Part shown: positions 1-5,709 of the stretch, piece by piece | How the letters are laid out: each line of letters starts with the position of its first letter | Position numbering within the stretch: position 1 is the stretch's first letter | Sequence record: OM735461.1 | Length of the DNA stretch: 38,270 nucleotides | From: Escherichia phage BUCT618 | Reading direction: 5' to 3' (one strand) | Program-made: the position numbers and the translations under genes | Notes under the pieces: generated by a model | What the model saw: only the letters and a program-made list of their open reading frames with translations | What the model was told of the DNA's origin: nothing | Database searches by the model: none

Positions 1-19
1 CCATTCCGGGCCTTTTCTT

Positions 20-2389
20 TTACCATGCTGAAAGGTTGTAGCCGGTGACCAGGTTGTCAGAGATGGCGTCTAGCGTAGGGTCAACCTGGTCGTCGTGCTT
101 TCCGTTAGGGAATACGGAGAATTCACCGATGTAGGCAGGCATCCACGGAGCATCCTTCGGCAGGTGAACAAGGCCCGCCTCAATCTGCGGCAGAACATCC
201 AGGGCGCGGGTGAATTTATCCACCGAGCGCTGAATCGGGATTACCGGCACACCCTCCATTTTCAGCGTCTGAATCAGGCCGGTTCCGCTGGCCTTATCCT
301 CAATCTTCATTCCGCGAACAACGCCACGGTTAATGGGTGATTTGTGCAAATCCCAGAATGCGCGAGCCTGTTTTATGAGGTCCGGCGCCTCCCATTTACC
401 ACGAATCTGGTCGAGCAGATAGGCGTGGCCGTTTTTGAATCCCCAGCACTGGAATACAGACCAGTCGTTGTGCTCTTTTGTTTTGAGAGCGGTATCTGCG
501 TATATAACGCGATAATCCCACTCCGGGTGCACAAAGCTGTTGTCGTACCACTGCCACCAGCTGTCTTTGAAAAGGCCGCCGCCTTTCGGTGCAGGGCGCT
601 GCATGTACTGACCAGCGAATACGTAAGGGTTACTGGCCTCCATCTCTGCCAGCTTCTCACGTGAGTGCTTAAAGGGCCACAAGGCGGTGTCATCTGGGTT
701 TACGGCAGGGATACTAAGTACATGCCACTGCTCGCCATTTCCGCCAGCCTGTAGCCATCCTGCAAGGTCTTCCTCGTGGAGTCTCTGCATGATAACGATA
801 ATTGGCGTATCAGGGCTGTTCAGGCGTGATTCCATCGTGGTCTGGAACCAGTCAATGACATTCTGCCGCATGGTGTCAGAATTGGCCTCGCTTGCCTTAT
901 GCGGGTCATCAATTATGATACAGTTAGATACAACGGCACCTGTTTGTGATAATATGAAGTTGTTGTTATCTTCAACCCCTAAACAATAGGTTTCATCAAC
1001 ATGACCGATATACTCAACGAAACATGGCTGACCATCCCCAACACCAATGGGCTTTACGAGGTTTCCGATGCTGGAAATGTCAGAAGGACACGTCCCATCC
1101 GAGCGCTTAAGCCTTCTGTTGACTCCAAAGGATACTTGAGAGTCAACCTTTCCGTTGGCGGTAAGGTCACCTGCAAATACATCGCTCACCTTGTCGCTGA
1201 GAATTTTATAGGCGAAAGGCCCCATAAGAATGAGGTTAGGCACCTGGACGGGAACCCCATGAATAACACCCTTAGCAATCTCGCGTATGGCACTAAGTCC
1301 GACAACATGCAGGACGCTTTGCGGCATGGAACATTCCCCGTGCTCGAAAGAAGACCAGGAGCAGTCCTCGACAGAGTAAAGGTTGTTGAAATATTCCAGA
1401 GCGCCGATGATGCTAAAACTCTCGCTGCCAGGTACGGAGTTAGCGTCGGGGTTATCAGGCAGATCAAACTCAGACAGACATGGCGTAGCGTCACGAATGG
1501 ATTGCCTGATGCTCGGTGGAATGCAAAGCCAAAGCACTCGAAGGAAGTGATAAAAATCGCCATCGACCGGCGCTACAGCAGGGAAGAGGCTTGCAGACTC
1601 ACCGGACTTTCTTTGCACCAGATTAAGAGGCTTCGCAAGATGAATGGCGGAGACCCATCCGGCATCGGTTAATATTTCATGATCAGGAGTGCACTCAAAT
1701 GAAGACCCATCATCAAAGTGCACTCTTATAATGTCATTGCCAGGGTTTACCCACTTGTGAGTGATCCGCTTAACTTCAGCAACCTGATTATTCTCATTGA
1801 ATGAGTTTACCTCCATGACACCGCTGTGGATTATGTCATAGATGGATAGCTCTCCGTCAGGAGTGGAAATAATCTGGCTAGCTGGGAAGCAACCGCCGAA
1901 GCCTTCACGCAGTTTACCTGCGCCATACCCTGTGATAGTCCCGTCCGAACCGGTGGCATAGACGCAGCCGCCGGTTTTGGTGCGCCACTCGTCTTTAGCC
2001 TTAGCGTCCGGCATCATGCCGATGTCGCCGAATACGGCACGGTACTCTTCAGACATGGCAATGGCGCGGGCCTGGTAGGTGTTATTTGCTGCAAGGCGCT
2101 TGGAGTAGCTGGCGTGGATAAATTCGCAGTCAGGATAGTTCCCGATAGCCCAGGCCATGAAGTTGACCACAGCAAGCTCGGTCTTTGAGTAGCGAGGGGG
2201 GATATTGATAATCAGGCGTTTGTACTGTCCGATAAAGCACCGCTCGAGCGCCTCGCAGATTTTCGCATGATGCCAGTTCTCCACAAAGTCAAAGCCCTTG
2301 CGGGCCTTGAACATGTATTTGGAAAACTCAAGCAGGTCACATCGCAGGGTAGCGATGTCGTCGGCGGAAAGTTTAATCTCTTGAGCCAT
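20..2389 (-). CDS. terL: Terminase large subunit precursor (166-aa N-extein + 323-aa intein + 300-aa C-extein; mature product would be 466 aa)
   Basis: Uninterrupted 789-codon ORF. Walker-A-like IPPRYSKTE and Walker B CIIIDDPHK. C-terminal nuclease-like region. SD GAAGGAAG upstream of the ATG. Start overlaps the TerS stop. Confidence 0.9.
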   Translation of the reverse strand: MAQEIKLSADDIATLRCDLLEFSKYMFKARKGFDFVENWHHAKICEALERCFIGQYKRLIINIPPRYSKTELAVVNFMAWAIGNYPDCEFIHASYSKRLAANNTYQARAIAMSEEYRAVFGDIGMMPDAKAKDEWRTKTGGCVYATGSDGTITGYGAGKLREGFGGCFPASQIISTPDGELSIYDIIHSGVMEVNSFNENNQVAEVKRITHKWVNPGNDIIRVHFDDGSSFECTPDHEILTDAGWVSAIHLAKPLNLVQRKSGESASLFPAVAPVDGDFYHFLRVLWLCIPPSIRQSIRDATPCLSEFDLPDNPDANSVPGSESFSIIGALEYFNNLYSVEDCSWSSFEHGECSMPQSVLHVVGLSAIREIAKGVIHGVPVQVPNLILMGPFAYKILSDKVSDVFAGDLTANGKVDSQVSFGVNRRLKRSDGTCPSDISSIGNLVKPIGVGDGQPCFVEYIGHVDETYCLGVEDNNNFILSQTGAVVSNCIIIDDPHKASEANSDTMRQNVIDWFQTTMESRLNSPDTPIIVIMQRLHEEDLAGWLQAGGNGEQWHVLSIPAVNPDDTALWPFKHSREKLAEMEASNPYVFAGQYMQRPAPKGGGLFKDSWWQWYDNSFVHPEWDYRVIYADTALKTKEHNDWSVFQCWGFKNGHAYLLDQIRGKWEAPDLIKQARAFWDLHKSPINRGVVRGMKIEDKASGTGLIQTLKMEGVPVIPIQRSVDKFTRALDVLPQIEAGLVHLPKDAPWMPAYIGEFSVFPNGKHDDQVDPTLDAISDNLVTGYNLSAW
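945..955 (+). promoter_or_regulatory. Candidate extended -10 promoter (tGTGATAATAT) for the antisense HNH gene
   Basis: TG-n-TAATAT lies 46 nt upstream of the HNH ATG. It shares the GTGATA core with candidate late promoters at 30331-30339 and 23344-23352. Confidence 0.3.
1001..1672 (+). CDS. HNH homing endonuclease (NUMOD4-like N-terminus, HNH_3-like core, two C-terminal HTH-like segments), encoded antisense inside the intein
   Basis: WLTIPNTNGLYEVSDAGNVRR; GYLRVNL..YIAHLVAENFIG..EVRHLDGNPMNNTLSNLAYGTKSDNMQD; ARYGVSVGVIRQIK and ACRLTGLSLHQIKRLRK. Confidence 0.85.
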   Translation: MTDILNETWLTIPNTNGLYEVSDAGNVRRTRPIRALKPSVDSKGYLRVNLSVGGKVTCKYIAHLVAENFIGERPHKNEVRHLDGNPMNNTLSNLAYGTKSDNMQDALRHGTFPVLERRPGAVLDRVKVVEIFQSADDAKTLAARYGVSVGVIRQIKLRQTWRSVTNGLPDARWNAKPKHSKEVIKIAIDRRYSREEACRLTGLSLHQIKRLRKMNGGDPSGIG

Positions 2390-2999
2390 ACTTCCTTCTG
2401 AGCGCCTCAGTTACATCTGAGCCTTGTGGTGACATTGAACCGTCGCTTGAGATGTGGTTGACGGTTTCTTTGTATCCGCCAAGCATCTTGATGAGCATAT
2501 CCTGCGCCTTCTGCTGGTCTGCCATCTCGAACTTCGGACCCATCTTCGTGAAGGTGATGCCTTTGATGAGTCCGCGAATCTCTTCGGGTACTTCATCAGA
2601 TGACATCTTCACGACCGGCACAGCCATCTCACCAATCACCTCGCCGTCCTCGTTCACCATTGGGCGTTTCTCCCATCCGATGAACTGAGTCACGTCGGCA
2701 AACGCCTGAGCCTGGATGCGTGATGCAATTTCGTCAAGGCTCATGAGTTTTGACTTGGCAATAAGCCTGCGAGCCTCGCGGATGTATGGGCCGACTTTTG
2801 GATGGGTCAGCAATTTGCATCCAGCGACTACGGCAGACTTATATGCTACATCTTCGCCATAAGCATGGAGATACGCTCTCGTTGCGTTACCATTAGCAAT
2901 ATAATGATTAGCAAATGTTAAATGGTCTTTACTCAGTTGAGCCGCCATTTCCTCAAGCTCAGGCGTGAAGAAAGGCAGCTTATCGTCTGCCTCTGCCAT
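2373..2999 (-). CDS. terS: Terminase small subunit
   Basis: N-terminal HTH-like FANHYIANGNATRAYLHAYG typical of Terminase_2-type small subunits. SD AAGGAGG. Sits directly upstream of and overlapping terL. Confidence 0.8.
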   Translation of the reverse strand: MAEADDKLPFFTPELEEMAAQLSKDHLTFANHYIANGNATRAYLHAYGEDVAYKSAVVAGCKLLTHPKVGPYIREARRLIAKSKLMSLDEIASRIQAQAFADVTQFIGWEKRPMVNEDGEVIGEMAVPVVKMSSDEVPEEIRGLIKGITFTKMGPKFEMADQQKAQDMLIKMLGGYKETVNHISSDGSMSPQGSDVTEALRRKYGSRD

Positions 3000-3000
3000 G

Positions 3001-3201
3001 TCAATCCTCCTTCACCAGCACCAGTTTAAACCGTGAACGAGCGACTTTCTCGCCATAGTTATGGATGGCGCGCGGGTTTGGTGTATTAAAACTTTTACTG
3101 CGGCCCGGAGTAATGAATACATCCTCGCCATTAGCCGCAGCATCCATTGCTTCCTTCATGCCGTTACGGATAAAGTCACGCGGGGTAAATTGTTTCATCA
3201 T
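3001..3201 (-). CDS. Hypothetical small protein, first gene of the packaging operon
   Basis: 66-aa ORF. SD AAAGGA. Its stop lies 1 nt from the TerS ATG. Confidence 0.55.
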   Translation of the reverse strand: MMKQFTPRDFIRNGMKEAMDAAANGEDVFITPGRSKSFNTPNPRAIHNYGEKVARSRFKLVLVKED

Positions 3202-3224
3202 TAATCCTTTCCGTTGTTTCCCCT

Positions 3225-3253
3225 ATTATCGCCCCGCAATGAAACAGTGTCAA
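3225..3253 (-). promoter_or_regulatory. Sigma70-like promoter of the packaging operon (GGTTGACAC-N17-GATAAT)
   Basis: TTGACA at 3253..3248 and GATAAT at 3230..3225. The -35 box contains the TGA stop of the upstream gene. Confidence 0.6.
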
Positions 3254-3750
3254 CCTCGGTATGATTTGATTTCACTGCGCACCCAGTTGCGGGGGATGGA
3301 GAATGTACCCATCTTCTTGCCTGATTCGGATGCCTCTTTGCACTCCAGTCTTCCATCCTCTTCTCGATACCTTGCATTGTTTACCACCTCTTTCAGCCAG
3401 AAGTCGCCATTGACTTTATGGGTGAAGGTTCGCAGTCCATCTTCGGTTGTGACATCTACGGCCATTTCTACATTGCGCAGGATGTTCACGACAGTTCTCC
3501 AGTCACGGAAGCCGTACTTCTTAACCAGGTCTATAGCGGGGATCAGGTCCGGGTCGATTTTGGTGGCTGCTTCTATGAAAGCCTGCTTATCAACCTCGGC
3601 TGACTCCTTGCGTCCTTTAACTTCACTCCGAAGTGTCCGTACTTCTGACTTAACGGATTTAAGTTCAGTGGTGAGTGATTTTACCTGCTCAATCAGCTTT
3701 TCAACATGAAGGGCCAGGTTTGCGTAGTGCGGGGTTGGTTTGCGTTTCAT
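3250..3750 (-). CDS. Hypothetical protein with N-terminal coiled coil
   Basis: ORF track 3250..3774. Start preferred at the internal ATG 3750 because of SD AAGGAG (MKRKPTPHY..). Heptad-like LIEQVKSLTTELKSVKSEVRTLRSEV. Confidence 0.6.
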   Translation of the reverse strand: MKRKPTPHYANLALHVEKLIEQVKSLTTELKSVKSEVRTLRSEVKGRKESAEVDKQAFIEAATKIDPDLIPAIDLVKKYGFRDWRTVVNILRNVEMAVDVTTEDGLRTFTHKVNGDFWLKEVVNNARYREEDGRLECKEASESGKKMGTFSIPRNWVRSEIKSYRG

Positions 3751-3780
3751 GGTTATCTCCTTAGTGTCATGCATGAGGAG

Positions 3781-3809
3781 AATTTAATATGTAGAAAGGA
3801 AGGTGTCAA
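3781..3809 (-). promoter_or_regulatory. Sigma70-like promoter (TTGACAC-N17-TAAATT)
   Basis: Reverse complement reads gTTGACAccttcctttctacatatTAAATT, just upstream of the 3750 start. Confidence 0.55.
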
Positions 3810-3971
3810 CATTATATTGATGATTCTCAATCACTGCTCTGCGTGGGGGTGTGGGTGAGAGTCATCGAGGCCTCGCCTCCACCCTGTCCCGTAAAGCAGG
3901 GTTTGAGGTTATCATATTTTTTTTATAAAGTCAATAGATGAGAGGCAAAAAACAAAGTATAAAATTAGTGT

Positions 3972-4000
3972 TTGACATAATCACACCAGGCGGGTAGATT
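3972..4000 (+). promoter_or_regulatory. Early promoter, family TTGACAT-N-GGTA(A/G)(A/G)TT
   Basis: TTGACA 3972-3977, 17-nt spacer, TAGATT 3995-4000. The 15 nt tagtgtttgacataa is identical to 32280-32294. Confidence 0.65.
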
Positions 4001-4025
4001 TACTGAAAACAACAGGAGAAACGAA

Positions 4026-4265
4026 ATGACCAACGAATCAATGAAAGAGTACGAAGAAATCCAGCAGCGCCTTATGGATGAGTTCATTAACAACATCTCA
4101 CCGTGGATTGACTGGGTTGGCATGTCTGGTTTTGAAGAAACAATGGCCCGCTCTGCAGTTCGCAGCCTTATCAGCCTTTCTTATTATGAAGGCACGATGA
4201 ATGGCATTCGTGTCATGCAGCAGAATATGAAGGAGTTCCATGATGATGCAATGCGTGACCGTTGA
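4026..4265 (+). CDS. Hypothetical early protein
   Basis: 79-aa ORF, SD AGGAG. Confidence 0.6.
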   Translation: MTNESMKEYEEIQQRLMDEFINNISPWIDWVGMSGFEETMARSAVRSLISLSYYEGTMNGIRVMQQNMKEFHDDAMRDR

Positions 4266-4277
4266 GGTGGCGAGGGT

Positions 4278-4460
4278 ATGAGACTTTATCAGTGCTACAG
4301 ATGCGGAGAATCGAAAGACTGGTATCGGTTCAACCCTGGCCAGAAGTATTGGGCAAGGCAGTGCATCAGATGTGAAATAACACCAGCCGGAATGATGCCG
4401 GTCCCGCAAGAAAGTGAGCACAGGTTCAGGTGCAAAAAGATTAAAAAGGTGTGCAAATGA
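4278..4460 (+). CDS. Small zinc-ribbon-like protein
   Basis: CYRCG ... CIRC cysteine pairs. SD GAGGG. Confidence 0.55.
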   Translation: MRLYQCYRCGESKDWYRFNPGQKYWARQCIRCEITPAGMMPVPQESEHRFRCKKIKKVCK

Positions 4461-4741
4461 AAAGCAGCAGAGAGCAGTTTGAGGAGTGGATTTACAAAAA
4501 TAGGATGCGAGGAGTGCCGTTTGATATTGAAGTTTTCGATGTCGACGGGGCAATTTTCTACAAATCGACAGAAACGCAAGGTCAATGGAATGCATGGCAG
4601 GCCAGCCGTGCGGCGATTGAGATTGAATTGCCAGACAAACTCATGGTTGAAGATGAGTTCGACAATGGGCATAACTGCGCAATCGACTACTGCGCTGATT
4701 CCATCCGTTCCGCTGGCATTACAGTAAAAGGTGATGCATGA
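4457..4741 (+). CDS. Hypothetical protein
   Basis: ATGA start/stop overlap with the previous ORF. The track ORF begins at an alternative GTG at 4451. Confidence 0.55.
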   Translation: MKSSREQFEEWIYKNRMRGVPFDIEVFDVDGAIFYKSTETQGQWNAWQASRAAIEIELPDKLMVEDEFDNGHNCAIDYCADSIRSAGITVKGDA

Positions 4742-4974
4742 ACATCTTCTCAATAATCAATATGGCGCAGGCCGCCAACCCGAAGGCAGAAGTCACCATC
4801 CGCAGCGGTGGTCATGATGCCATCATCATAACCTGGTATTGGGATGGCCAGTACCTGAACCGCAGCTATTGCAAGGCTCGAATGACCGGTCATCGCTTAG
4901 GCGAATATGAGGCGTGGAGAATTGCGTTCAATGCGGTTGCTCAGATTATGGGAGTCGTGGGGTGTGCGAAATGA
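4738..4974 (+). CDS. Hypothetical protein
   Basis: 78-aa ORF, ATGA-coupled on both sides. Confidence 0.5.
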   Translation: MNIFSIINMAQAANPKAEVTIRSGGHDAIIITWYWDGQYLNRSYCKARMTGHRLGEYEAWRIAFNAVAQIMGVVGCAK

Positions 4975-5654
4975 TTATCTGGTCACTATTTGACGGTTCA
5001 GGTCTTATGGTCAAGCCGTGGGCGGAAGCAGGACATACTTGCTATTGTTTCAACTACGACGGAGCTGACCACGGTGACTACGCACGATTGGGCGCAAAAG
5101 TTGAACATGAAAATATCCACTATATAAACGCGTGGATTGATAATAAATTCGACTTCGACGTTGCGCCGGATATTATTTTCGCGTTCCCTCCGTGCACAGA
5201 CTTAGCCGTTAGCGGCGCGTCTCATTTCGAAACGAAGCGTAAGAAGAATGCAACGTTTCAGGTAGAGGCCGTGATTACATGTAAAGTGGCGGCTCGTCTG
5301 GCTAAAAGGTACAACGTACCTTATATGATTGAGAACCCGGTTAGCGTTCTTTCGTCTTTATGGCGCAAGCCTGACTACTCGTTCAATCCGTACGAATACG
5401 GCGGCTATTTACCCGAAGACGACACGCATCCAATGTTCCCTGAATACATAAAACCACGTGACGCATACCCTAAGAAGACATGTATTTGGGCCGGTAACGG
5501 TTTTGTCATGCCTGTTAAATCATGCGTTGCCGTCGGTGACGGGTACTCAAACCAACACAATAAATTAGGCGGTAAATCAGTGAGGACAAAAACAATCCGC
5601 AGCCTGACCCCGCGCGGATTTGCCCGTGCGGTATTTGAGGCTAACAAAGGTTGA
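4971..5654 (+). CDS. Compact DNA cytosine-C5 methyltransferase-like protein
   Basis: Motif I-like SLFDGSG, motif IV-like FPPCTDLAVSG, motif VI-like MIENPVS. ATGA-coupled start at 4971 (track start 4914 is upstream and in frame). Confidence 0.6.
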   Translation: MIIWSLFDGSGLMVKPWAEAGHTCYCFNYDGADHGDYARLGAKVEHENIHYINAWIDNKFDFDVAPDIIFAFPPCTDLAVSGASHFETKRKKNATFQVEAVITCKVAARLAKRYNVPYMIENPVSVLSSLWRKPDYSFNPYEYGGYLPEDDTHPMFPEYIKPRDAYPKKTCIWAGNGFVMPVKSCVAVGDGYSNQHNKLGGKSVRTKTIRSLTPRGFARAVFEANKG

Positions 5655-5709
5655 CCCATCTATAACAGGGCGGGATGATAGCCGCCCCATTTACCTGGAA
5701 TAAATCATC

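Larger units (their letters stand above)
923..1891 (-). mobile_element. Intein in the TerL ATPase domain, inserted one residue before Walker B (..EGFGG|CFPASQ...AVVSN|CIIIDDP..)
   Basis: Cys1 codon at 1889-1891. Block A CFPASQIISTPDG, block B ECTPDHEILTDAGW, blocks F/G ETYCLGVEDNNNFILSQTGAVVSN. The +1 Cys codon is at 920-922. Confidence 0.85.

Noticed and set aside
95-989. Three plus-strand ORFs (95-340, 344-664, 687-989) antisense to the TerL C-extein.
   Set aside because: They have no recognisable motifs or translation signals. Two are in the register frame, which is explained by codon bias. All lie inside a clearly coding terminase nuclease region.
1186-1563. 125-aa minus-strand ORF in a third frame inside the HNH/intein overlap.
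   Set aside because: It is out of frame with the terL precursor, has no start context or motifs, and is most simply a chance open frame in a doubly constrained region.
1553-1567. VDGDF in the intein-frame linker, superficially like the IDGDG core of a LAGLIDADG motif.
   Set aside because: There is only one short partial match. No second LAGLIDADG motif occurs about 100 residues downstream, and the rest of the linker is motif-less. The complementary strand carries a full HNH gene, which explains the sequence better.
3065-3709. 214-aa plus-strand ORF antisense to the 3001-3201 and 3250-3750 genes.
   Set aside because: It has no motifs, spans an intergenic promoter, and lies opposite better-supported ORFs that have SD sequences.
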